64,000 nt of DNA, from NCBI GenBank assembly GCA_002269645.1, contig NIVC01000953.1, forward strand, positions 62,001 through 126,000, read 5' to 3'. Source of the DNA: Macrostomum lignano (lineage: Eukaryota). Both the position numbers and the translations under genes were made by a program. Under the pieces are notes generated by a model. The model worked only from the letters and a program-made list of their open reading frames with translations. It was not told where the DNA came from and did no database searches. Positions within the stretch are counted from its first letter, which is position 1. Each line of letters begins with the position of its first letter. Below, piece after piece: positions 1 through 12,300 of the stretch.

Positions 1-1722
1 TGATGTGTCTCCTCATATGCCACACCTGATGTGTCTCCTTATATGCCACACCTGATGTGTCTCCTTATATGCCACACCTGATTTGTCTCCTTATATGCCA
101 CACCTGACGTGTCTCCTCATGTGCCACACCTTATGTGTCTCCTTATATGCCACACCTGATTTGTCTCCTTATATGCCACACCTGACGTGTCTCCTCATGT
201 GCCACACCTTATGTGTCTCCTTATATGCCACACCTGATGTGTCTCCTCATGTGCCACACCTTATGTGTCTCCTTATATGCCACACCTGATGTGTCTCCTC
301 ATATGCCACACCTGATGTGTCTGCTCATATGCCACACCTGATGTGTCTCCTCATATGCCACACCTGATGTGTCTCCTTATATGCCACACCTGATGTGTCT
401 CCTTATATGCCTCACCTGATGTGTCTCCTCATATGCCACACCTGATGTGTCTCATATGCCTCACCTGATGTGTCTGCTCATATGCCACACCTGATCTGTC
501 TCCTCATATGCCACACCTGATGTGTCTCCTCATATGCCACACCTGATGTGTCTGCTCATATGCCACACCTGATCTGTCTCCTCATATGCCACACCTGATG
601 TGTCTCCTCATATGCCACACCTGATGTGTCTCCTCATATGCCACACCTGATGTGTCTCCTCATATGCCTCACTTGATGTGTCTCCTCACATGTCTCACCT
701 GATGTGTCTCATATGCCTCACCTGATGTGTCTCGTGTGCCTCACCTAATGTGTCTCATACGACACCTGATGTGTCTCATATGTCTCACCTGATGTGTCTA
801 ATATGTCTCACCTAATGTGTCTAATATGCCTCACCTGATGTGCCTCGTATGTCTCACCTGATGTGTCTCATGCGACACCTGATGTGTCTCCTCATATGCC
901 ACACCTGATGTGTCTCATATGCCTCACCTGATGTGTCTCATATGCCTCACTTGATGTGTCTCGTATGCCTCACCTGATGTGTCTAATATGCCTCACTTGA
1001 TGTGTCTCGGATGTCTCACCTGATGTGTCTCCTCATATGCCTCACCTGCTGTGTCTCGACTCTCATATGTCTCACCTGATGTGTCTCCTCAGATGCCTCA
1101 CCTGCTGTGTCTCATATGCCTCACCTGATGTGTCTCACATGCCTCACCTGATGTGTCTCATATGCCTCACCTGATGTGTCTCATATGCCTCACCTGATGT
1201 GTCTCATATGTCTCACCTAATGTGTCTAATATGTCTCACCTAATGTGTCTAATATGCCTCACCTGATGTGTCTCTTATGCCTCACCTGATGTGTCTCATA
1301 TGTCTCACCTAATGTGTCTAATATGTCTCACCTAATGTGTCTAATATGCCTCGCCTGATGTGTCTCATATGTCTCACCTAATGTGTCTAATATGTCTCAC
1401 CTGATGTGTCTAATATGTCTCACCTAATGTGTCTAATATGCCTCGCCTGATGTGTCTCATATGTCTCACCTAATGTGTCTAATATGTCTCACCTGATGTG
1501 TCTCATGCGACACCTGATGTGTCTCCTCATATGCCACACCTGATGTGTCTCCTCATATGCCACACCTGATGTGTCTCCTCATATGCCACACCTGATGTGT
1601 CTCCTTAGATGCCACACCTGATGTGTCTCCTTAGATGCCACACCTGATGTGTCTCCTCATATGCCACACCCGATGTGTCTCCTTATATGCCACACCTGAT
1701 GTGTCTCCTTATATGCTACACC
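1..1722. repeat. Intronic minisatellite, 26-bp unit TGATGTGTCTCCTCATATGCCACACC with a central block of 23-bp variants
   Basis: Direct tandem repetition; runs off the left window edge; paralogous array at ~7073-7958. Confidence 0.95.
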
Positions 1723-2275
1723 TACCTGATATTTCTAAATATCCCACTGACCTGAAATCCCTGCTGAGATCTCGTACCAGATTCCTCCGCGTGCGTACCC
1801 CACTCGTGTATTTTCATCATAAATCTCGGTTAGCATCCCAGCCTGACTCAGCTTATGCTTGTATTCTACCAGAGCCTCTGCAGCAGAGCAAATAAAAAAG
1901 GATATTTTGCCACTCATCGCTACTGAGCCTCATTCCTCCAGATATTTTTGCATATTTTGAAAAAATAAGCTGCTTGCCTTTGCATCTTTGCTGAGCTAAA
2001 TTGCTTTTATGGCGGGGATGACAAAGCCTGAACTGCTGCCCCAATGCAACTGTGGATAGCGTGACTCGCCCCCACCCCTATGCGCCCTCGAGACCGGCTG
2101 CTTTCATAGCCAATTCCCTCGGAATTAGCATATTCGCTAAACACAGGATTCTCAATCAATTGAAATTGCTCCAACTCTTCTGCGAGATAATTTTACAAGA
2201 AATATTACTTTACCCTTCTCCAGAATTCCGTGACTAATCTACAGTTCACTTCCTTTATCCCCTCCCCCTTCCCAG

Positions 2276-3355
2276 GCGTAGAGAACCTGGACTCGGGCGT
2301 CGGCGTGTACGCCCCGGACGCGGAGGCGTACTCGGTTTTCGCGGACCTGTTCGACCCGATCATCGAGGAGTACCACGGCGGCTTCAAGCGCACCGACCGG
2401 CACCCGCCGTGCACGCTGGGAGACGCCAGCGAGTTCGGAGACGTGGACCCGGAGGGAAAGTACGTGGTGTCCACCAGGATCCGGTGCGGCAGGTCGCTGA
2501 GAAAGTTCCCGTTCAACCCGAACATGACGGAGGGGCACTACAAGGAGATGGAGGATCTGGTGTCGGGCACTCTGAAGGGCATGACGGGAGAGCTGAAGGG
2601 CACGTTCTACCCGCTGACCGGGATGACGAAGGAGGTGCAGCAGCAGCTGATTGACGACCACTTCCTGTTCAAGGAGGGCGACCGGTTCCTGCAGAAGGCG
2701 AACGCGTGCCGCTACTGGCCGACGGGCAGGGGCATCTTCCACAACGACAGCAAGACGTTCCTGGTGTGGGTGGGAGAGGAGGACCACATGCGGATCATCT
2801 CGATGCAGAAGGGCGGCAGCATCAGGGAGGTGTACGGCAGGCTGGTGAAGGCGGTGAACGAGATCGAGAAGCGGATGGAGTTCAGCCACGATGACCGGCT
2901 GGGCTTCCTGACGTTCTGTCCGACGAACCTGGGCACCACGATCCGCGCCTCGGTGCACATCAAGCTGCCGCGGCTGTCGGCGGGAGGCCAGGAGGCCCTG
3001 CAGCGGGTGGCCGACCGGTTCCAGCTGCAGGTGCGCGGGTCCGCAGGCGAGCACTCGGAGGCGGTGGGAGGCCTGTACGACATCTCGAACAAGGAGCGCA
3101 TGGGCCTGACGGAGTTCGAGGCCGTCGGCAAGATGTACCGCGGCATCGGCGAGCTCATCAAGATGGAGAAGGCGCTGGAGCGGGGCGTCGACCCGGAGGT
3201 GGTGAAGTACGTTGAGGACGGGTTCGCCAAGCTGCAGGCCAGCGACTCGTGCCACTCGCTGCTGAAGAAGCACCTCACCAAGGAGGTGGTGGACCGGCTG
3301 AAGAACCTCAGCACGCCGTCCTTCGGCTCCACGCTCAAGGATGTCATTCAGTCAG
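2276..3355 (+). CDS. Arginine kinase repeat exon A (1080 nt, 360 codons)
   Basis: ttcccag|GCGTAGAG acceptor; CAGTCAG|gtgat donor; open frame 2230..3372. Confidence 0.92.
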
Positions 3356-6300
3356 GTGATATTTTACTCTGAATTGGAATTCATATAGTAATTTTTTTTG
3401 TTATTTACCTATGGCAATATGGGATGAGCACAGTAAGAAGTTTGTTGGCATTAACGTAGGAAATGAAAGTTAGCTGAAATTTTCATCATAAGGAAATGTG
3501 CCTCTCCATTGCCAATCAAATCTAACCTAAGATTGGACACCAAGAGCTTACAATTACACTTTTCGTAAATTAGGATTCTATATAATAATTGCTTCAACGC
3601 TTCTTAATCCGAGGTAGTTGTAGTCTAGTGGGTAGAGCATCGGACTCACGACGAAGGTCCGGTGGTTCGATTCTCGACCCACTGGGAACAATTTGTGTGC
3701 TTGAGCAAGACACTTAACTCTACATTGCTTCAGTTCACCCTGCTGTAAAATTGGTGCCAGCATGTGAGAGTCGCCCCTGAAAGTCGCCATACCCAGTGAG
3801 TCGCCCGTTAGAGTCGCCCCACGTCCCCAGTGAGAGTCGCCCCACGTCCCCAGTGATTGTCGTCCCACATCCCCAGTGAGAGTCGTCCCACATTCCCAGT
3901 GATTGTCGTCCCACATCCCCAGTGAGTATCGTCCCACATCCCCAGTGATTGTCGTCCCACATCCCCAGTGAGAGTCGCCCCACATCCCCAGTGATTGTCG
4001 TCCCACATCCCAGTGAGAGTCGTCCCACATCCCCAGTGATTGTCGTCCCACATCCCCAGTGAGAGTCGCCCCACATCCCCAGTGATTGTCGTCCCACATC
4101 CCAGTGAGAGTCGCCCCACATCCCCAGTGATTGTCGTCCCACATCCCCAGTGATTGTCGTCCCACATCCCCAGTGAGAGTCGTCCCACATTCCCAGTGAG
4201 AGTCGCCTCACATTCCCAGTGAGAGTCGTCCCACATTCCCAGTGAGAGTCGCCCCACATCGTCAGTGAGTGTCGCCCCACATCCCCAGTGAGAGTCGCCC
4301 CACATCCCCAGTGAGAGTCGTCCCACATCCCCAGTGAGAGTCGCCCCACATCCCCAGTGAGAGTCGCCCCACATCCCCAGTGAGAGTCGCCCCACATCCC
4401 CAGTGAGAGTCGCCCCACATTCCCAGTGAGAGTCGCCCCACATTCCCAGTGAGAGTCGTCCCACATTCCCAGTGAGAGTCGCCCCACATTCCCAGTGAGA
4501 GTCGAGTCGCCCCACATCCCCAGTGAGAGTCGCCCAAGATCCCGCACTCCCAATGTAGATAAAGCTCTTTAATAGATTGATTCTCTTGAACATAAAGTGA
4601 TATGCTTCAGATGCGGAAACAGTTGGAAGTCACTCGGAGCCATATCTGGTAAATAGGCAGGGTTAGGCAGCTCTTGGAATCCTGCAACTTTCACAGCAGC
4701 AGCCTTCGCGATCCTGCTGGAGTGAGCTGGTGCATTGTCGTGCAGCAGCGCCACACCGCGGGTCAGCATTCCTCGCCGATTTTCCTTGACTGCCTGGCGC
4801 AGACGAGCGATCAAGTCAGCTTAGTAGACCCCTGCGACTGTCTGCTTGTGCAGTAGAAAGTCCAGCAGCAACGGACCCTTTGAATCGTAGAAGACTGTCA
4901 GCATTATCTTGCCAGCAACGCTTGCAGTCCTCGCCTTCAGAGGTGCTGGTGATCCAACTGGCAGATAAATCGTGGATTGGATTCTGGATCGTGGTGGTCT
5001 GGATCCACGACGTCTCATGCCGCGAGCTCCCTGACTTTGATGCGGCGAATGTTTTCAGCCGTGACAGCCGCGTCCACATCGCAGATCGTCTTCGAGCGAT
5101 GTACGACTGCGTTTGAACTGGGCTGCCCAGCATTTGATGCTGCGGTATGAGGGGGCAGCCCCAGCATACATATCAGCCATGTGACTGTGAATTTCTGCAG
5201 GCTTTGAGCCCTCATGCCTGATGTAGACTTTTGGAACAGTTATGTGCTGGAGTTTTGGAGGTTTAATGTTTAGGGATTTTCGTCAGGCTCAGATGAAACT
5301 TTCGTAGTGCCCCTCGTAGTTCTCTCCTTCTCTAGTACAATATTTTTAATTGTCAATGAAACTAGGTGTTTACAGGCCTCTGATTCTAAGGCTTCGTCAA
5401 TCTTCACTGAGCCTTCAAACTCAATCAATGATTCATAGCATTTTTCTCAGCTGCTATTCACTTCCTTTATCCCCTTCCTCTTCCCAGGCGTGGAGAACCT
5501 GGACTCGGGCGTCGGCGTGTACGCCCCGGACGCGGAGGCGTACTCGGTGTTCGCCGACCTGTTCGACCCGATCATCGAGGAGTACCACGGCGGCTTCAAG
5601 CGCACCGACCGGCACCCGCCGTGCACGCTGGGAGACGCCAGCGAGTTCGGAGACGTGGACCCGGAGGGAAAGTACGTGGTGTCCACCAGGATCCGGTGCG
5701 GCAGGTCGCTGAGAAAGTTCCCGTTCAACCCGAACATGACGGAGGGGCACTACAAGGAGATGGAGGATCTGGTGTCGGGCACTCTGAAGGGCATGACGGG
5801 AGAGCTGAAGGGCACGTTCTACCCGCTGACCGGGATGACGAAGGAGGTGCAGCAGCAGCTGATTGACGACCACTTCCTGTTCAAGGAGGGCGACCGGTTC
5901 CTGCAGAAGGCGAACGCGTGCCGCTACTGGCCGACGGGCAGGGGCATCTTCCACAACGACAGCAAGACGTTCCTGGTGTGGGTGGGAGAGGAGGACCACA
6001 TGCGGATCATCTCGATGCAGAAGGGCGGCAGCATCAGGGAGGTGTACGGCAGGCTGGTGAAGGCGGTGAACGAGATCGAGAAGCGGATGGAGTTCAGCCA
6101 CGATGACCGGCTGGGCTTCCTGACGTTCTGCCCGACGAACCTGGGCACCACGATCCGCGCCTCGGTGCACATCAAGCTGCCGCGGCTGTCGGCGGGAGGC
6201 CAGGAGGCCCTGCAGCGGGTGGCCGACCGGTTCCAGCTGCAGGTGCGCGGGTCCGCAGGCGAGCACTCGGAGGCGGTGGGAGGCCTGTACGACATCTCGA

Positions 6301-9300
6301 ACAAGGAGCGCATGGGCCTGACGGAGTTCGAGGCCGTCGGCAAGATGTACCGCGGCATCGGCGAGCTCATCAAGATGGAGAAGGCGCTGGAGCGGGGCGT
6401 CGACCCTGAGGTGGTGAAGTACGTTGAGGACGGGTTCGCCAAGCTGCAGGCCAGCGACTCGTGCCACTCGCTGCTGAAGAAGCACCTCACCAAGGAGGTG
6501 GTGGACAGGCTGAAGAACCTCAGCACGCCGTCCTTCGGCTCCACGCTCAAGGACGTCATTCAGTCAGGTGAGTGGCGCACCTTTCTAGATATCGGCTTCA
6601 AGGATGGGTTTGAAACTCGAGCCCTAGCATTATTTTGAGCCTATTCGTGATTAGGGCTCATAACTTGGGTTTTTCACTCTGTCTAGCTCTGCACGCAATA
6701 GGTCGCTGCACCTGTTCGGCCCCTAATCACTAGCTGGCTGGCTTTTGTGCATAAAAGCCAATGCGTCTCGCTAATTGGCGCCTATTGCACTCGCTCGGCT
6801 GGCGGAACAGCTCAAGATTTTGACTTCGATTTGCGCCGGCATTGTTTTCCTGTCTGTCTGTGCGAGTGCAGTTAGCCTACCTGTTGTATCTTGTCTAATT
6901 GTAGCGTTTCTACCTGTGGGCTAGGTGTATGCAGATTGTGCATGTCTGCGTCACGTGACACTAGCCTTGCATTTTTGCTATTATCTGCGGAAGAATAGAA
7001 ATGCTTTTAAGTATAGCTCTGGAATCAGATTTCATTTTGCATCAAAAGTTGCAATATGTGTGTTATACCTGTCCTGATGGTGTGTCGCCTCATACAGTTT
7101 GTCTCACCTGATGTGTCTCCTGACATGTCTCACCTGATGTGTCTCCTTACATGCCTCACCTGATGTGTCTCATATGCCTCACCTGATGTGTCTCATATGC
7201 CACACCTGATGTGTCTAATATGCCTCACCTGATGTGTCTCCTCACATGTCTCACCTGATGTGTCTCATATGCCTCACCTGATGTGTCTCATATGCCTCAC
7301 CTGATGTGTCTAATATGCCTCACTTGATGTGTCTCCTCACATGTCTCACCTGATGTGTCTCATATGCCTCACCTGATGTGTCTAATATGCCTCACTTGAT
7401 GTGTCTCCTCACATGTCTCACCTGATGTGTCTCATATGCCTCACCTGATGTGTCTAATATGCCTCACTTGATGTGTCTCCTCACATGTCTCACCTGATGT
7501 GTCTCATATGCCTCACCTGATGTGTCTAATATGCCTCACTTGATGTGTCTCCTCACATGTCTCACCTGATGTGTCTCATATGCCTCACCTGATGTGTCTA
7601 ATATGCCTCACTTGATGTGTCTCCTCACATGTCTCACCTGATGTGTCTCATATGCCTCACCTGATGTGTCTAATATGCCTCACTTGATGTGTCTCCTCAC
7701 ATGTCTCACCTGATGTGTCTCATATGCCTCACCTGATGTGTCTAATATGCCTCACTTGATGTGTCTCCTCACATGTCTCACCTGATGTGTCTCATATGCC
7801 TCACCTGATGTGTCTAATATGCCTCACTTGATGTGTCTCCTCATATGCCACACCTGATGTGTCTCCTCATATGCCACACCTGATGTGTCTCCTCATATGC
7901 CACACCTGATGTGTCTCCTCATATGCTACACCTGATGTGTCTCCTCATATGCTACACTCATACATGCGCAACAGTCGGCCGAGTCGGCCGATCCGGCCGA
8001 CTGATTTGGCAGCCAACCAAGGAAGTCGCAAAAATGCCCACCCAAAAATACCCACGCAGTAGTACTAAGTAGCTGACAAGGCATTTTTGCCTGATAAGAC
8101 AGTCATAGTTACTCCCGCCGTTTACCCAAAGTTGCGTTAATTTTGCTTTAGGGTTTTTTACATGTAAGTCGCATTTTTGGCCAAAAACTACGTCGCATTT
8201 TTGTTAAAACTAAGTCGCACGGCCGACCGAATTTTGGACGTTGCGCATGTATGGCTACACTTACCTGATATTTCTAAATATCCCACTGACCTGAAATCCC
8301 TGCTGAGATCTCGTACCAGATTCCTCCGCGTGCGTACCCACTCGTGTATTTTCATCATAAATCTCGGTTAGCATCCCAGCCTGACTCAGCTTATGCTTGT
8401 ATTCTACCAGAGCCTCTGCAGCAGAGCAAATAAAAAAGGATATTTTGCCACTCATCGCTACTGAGCCTCATTCCTCCAGATATTTTTGCATATTTTGAAA
8501 AAATAAGCTGCTTGCCTTTGCATCTTTGCTCAGCTAAATTGCTTTTATGGCGGGGATGACAAAGCCTGAACTGCTGCCCCAATGCAACTGTGGATAGCGT
8601 GACTCGCCCCCACCCCTATGCGCCATCGAGACCGGCTGCTTTCATAGCCAATTCCCTCGGAATTAGCATATTCGCTAAACACAGGATTCTCAATCAATTG
8701 AAATTGCTCCAACTCTTCTGCGAGATAATTTTACAAGAAATATTACTTTACCCTTCTCCAGAATTCCGTGACTAATCTACAGTTCACTTCCTTTATCCCC
8801 TCCCCCTTCCCAGGCGTAGAGAACCTGGACTCGGGCGTCGGCGTGTACGCCCCGGACGCGGAGGCGTACTCGGTTTTCGCGGACCTGTTCGACCCGATCA
8901 TCGAGGAGTACCACGGCGGCTTCAAGCGCACCGACCGGCACCCGCCGTGCACGCTGGGAGACGCCAGCGAGTTCGGAGACGTGGACCCGGAGGGAAAGTA
9001 CGTGGTGTCCACCAGGATCCGGTGCGGCAGGTCGCTGAGAAAGTTCCCGTTCAACCCGAACATGACGGAGGGGCACTACAAGGAGATGGAGGATCTGGTG
9101 TCGGGCACTCTGAAGGGCATGACGGGAGAGCTGAAGGGCACGTTCTACCCGCTGACCGGGATGACGAAGGAGGTGCAGCAGCAGCTGATTGACGACCACT
9201 TCCTGTTCAAGGAGGGCGACCGGTTCCTGCAGAAGGCGAACGCGTGCCGCTACTGGCCGACGGGCAGGGGCATCTTCCACAACGACAGCAAGACGTTCCT

Positions 9301-12300
9301 GGTGTGGGTGGGAGAGGAGGACCACATGCGGATCATCTCGATGCAGAAGGGCGGCAGCATCAGGGAGGTGTACGGCAGGCTGGTGAAGGCGGTGAACGAG
9401 ATCGAGAAGCGGATGGAGTTCAGCCACGATGACCGGCTGGGCTTCCTGACGTTCTGTCCGACGAACCTGGGCACCACGATCCGCGCCTCGGTGCACATCA
9501 AGCTGCCGCGGCTGTCGGCGGGAGGCCAGGAGGCCCTGCAGCGGGTGGCCGACCGGTTCCAGCTGCAGGTGCGCGGGTCCGCAGGCGAGCACTCGGAGGC
9601 GGTGGGAGGCCTGTACGACATCTCGAACAAGGAGCGCATGGGCCTGACGGAGTTCGAGGCCGTCGGCAAGATGTACCGCGGCATCGGCGAGCTCATCAAG
9701 ATGGAGAAGGCGCTGGAGCGGGGCGTCGACCCTGAGGTGGTGAAGTACGTCGAGGACGGGTTCGCCAAGCTGCAGGCCAGCGACTCGTGCCACTCGCTGC
9801 TGAAGAAGCACCTCACCAAGGAGGTGGTGGACAGGCTGAAGAACCTCAGCACGCCGTCCTTCGGCTCCACGCTCAAGGACGTCATCCAGTCAGGTGAGTG
9901 GGCGCATTATCTACCTGAAACTACATGGCATTTAGTCTTGAACTAATTATTAATTTCCTGCATTCTGCTGGCTGTGCCATCCTAACTGCCGCCCTCCGCC
10001 GCAAATTGTCCAGCACCTGGGGCTCTCGAGTTACAGTCGAGCAGACCCTCCCCCTGCGGTGCCTACTCAAGCCGTTCCAACTACTTAGCTAATAGTGTGT
10101 GATGACGCCATTGAGTTTTAGTTTGCTTTGCCCTCTTATCACTTTGTATTCTGTCTGCAGTTCCATACCCCTGGGACTCTCCGTTGTTAAGCGGGTTTTT
10201 TTTTACCTTATATATATTTAACCTAGCACCTGGCTTTTCTTGGATTTCTGTTTATTGCCTTGCCTCACAGTCTCAGCCACTAAAGTGTGCTTCGAAGCTG
10301 TAGTGCAGTTGTGGTAGGATGCTATTTAGCATAATAGAATAATTTTGCTTTGCCAACCTCTCTGCTTCAAAGCTTTAGACTTGAAGAGAATTGAAATGCC
10401 TGCCTGCACCCGCTCAGGCTTAGGCTGGATTGGGTAAGCGATTCACTGAGCAGCAGGCCCTGCAGTGTCGTTGCCTGTTATTTTCCGGTCTCTCTCTCCC
10501 TATCGCACTGCTGTACTCTCTGTCCCGCATGTCTCTCTAGACTCTCCGCCCTTGTTACCATGGCAACCATTTCTATCAGCAGGGAGACTCTGTCTTTGCC
10601 GACCGACTGAGAAATATTCTAGGGCCAGTGGGCGAGTACCCATGCAGGTGTGTCTCATAGACGCTCTGTTTCACAAACTATTAAACTATAAACACTAACA
10701 ATATTGAGTGTCTGAGAATGCTTTACTTGCATTTTAATTTACTTTGTACAGTAATCGGCATTTCGATTAATGCAGAAATGCTCTTGGTTAAATAAAAAAT
10801 GTGACTAGTTCAAATATCATAGTGCTTATCCTATCGAATTCTCTAGTTGAAAATTTATTTACAAATATAGAATGTATCACTGAAAAATCATACTACTGAC
10901 AGTCTTTCACTAGTAATAACTTCCTGATTGTTAGAGATCAATTAATTAAAGGGGTACTGGCAATATTAGTCTTCATGCATGGGGGCATCGCAAAACCGAA
11001 ATATCACAACCCCGAAATATCACAAACCCGAAATATCATAACTCCAAAAGTTGTATTTTGGCTTTGGGATTTACGAATATGATATTTCGGGTTGTGATAT
11101 TTCGGGTTTGTGATATTTCGGGTTGTAATATTTCGGGTTGTGATATTTCGGGGTTGTGATATTTCGGGTTGTGATATTTCGGGTTGTGATATTTCGGGTT
11201 GTGATATTTCGGGTTTGTGATATTTCGGGTTGTGATATTTCGGGTTGTGATATTTCGGGTTTGTGATATTTTGGGTTGTGATATTTCGGGTTGTGATGTT
11301 TTGGGTTGTGATATTTTGGGTTGTGATGTTTTGGGTTGTGATGTTTTGGGTTGTGATATTTCGGGTTTGTGATATTTCGGGTTTGTGATGGTGACCCCAT
11401 TTAAGAGAAACAGACGTAAACGTTTCCATTGAATAATCTGTCTGCACGACTGTCTGTCTGTGTGTCTGTCTGTCTGTCACATCTGTTACAATTAACAATT
11501 CCACAAAATACCCCAGGCGTTGAGAACCTGGACTCGGGCGTCGGCGTGTACGCCCCGGACGCGGAGGCGTACTCGGTGTTCGCCGACCTGTTCGACCCGA
11601 TCATCGAGGAGTACCACGGCGGCTTCAAGCGCACCGACCGGCACCCGCCGTGCACGCTGGGAGACGCCAGCGAGTTCGGAGACGTGGACCCGGAGGGAAA
11701 GTACGTGGTGTCCACCAGGATCCGGTGCGGCAGGTCGCTGAGAAAGTTCCCGTTCAACCCGAACATGACGGAGGGGCACTACAAGGAGATGGAGGATCTG
11801 GTGTCGGGCACTCTGAAGGGCATGACGGGAGAGCTGAAGGGCACGTTCTACCCGCTGACCGGGATGACGAAGGAGGTGCAGCAGCAGCTGATTGACGACC
11901 ACTTCCTGTTCAAGGAGGGCGACCGGTTCCTGCAGAAGGCGAACGCGTGCCGCTACTGGCCGACGGGCAGGGGCATCTTCCACAACGACAGCAAGACGTT
12001 CCTGGTGTGGGTGGGAGAGGAGGACCACATGCGGATCATCTCGATGCAGAAGGGCGGCAGCATCAGGGAGGTGTACGGCAGGCTGGTGAAGGCGGTGAAC
12101 GAGATCGAGAAGCGGATGGAGTTCAGCCACGATGACCGGCTGGGCTTCCTGACGTTCTGTCCGACGAACCTGGGCACCACGATCCGCGCCTCGGTGCACA
12201 TCAAGCTGCCGCGGCTGTCGGCGGGAGGCCAGGAGGCCCTGCAGCGGGTGGCCGACCGGTTCCAGCTGCAGGTGCGCGGGTCCGCAGGCGAGCACTCGGA

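Noticed and set aside
3613-3682. Functional tRNA gene
   Set aside because: A/B boxes present but acceptor and anticodon stems do not pair properly, and it continues into a SINE CORE-like domain
3578-4593. Trp/Gly/Asp-rich ORFs on the - strand
   Set aside because: Translations of the 23-bp minisatellite
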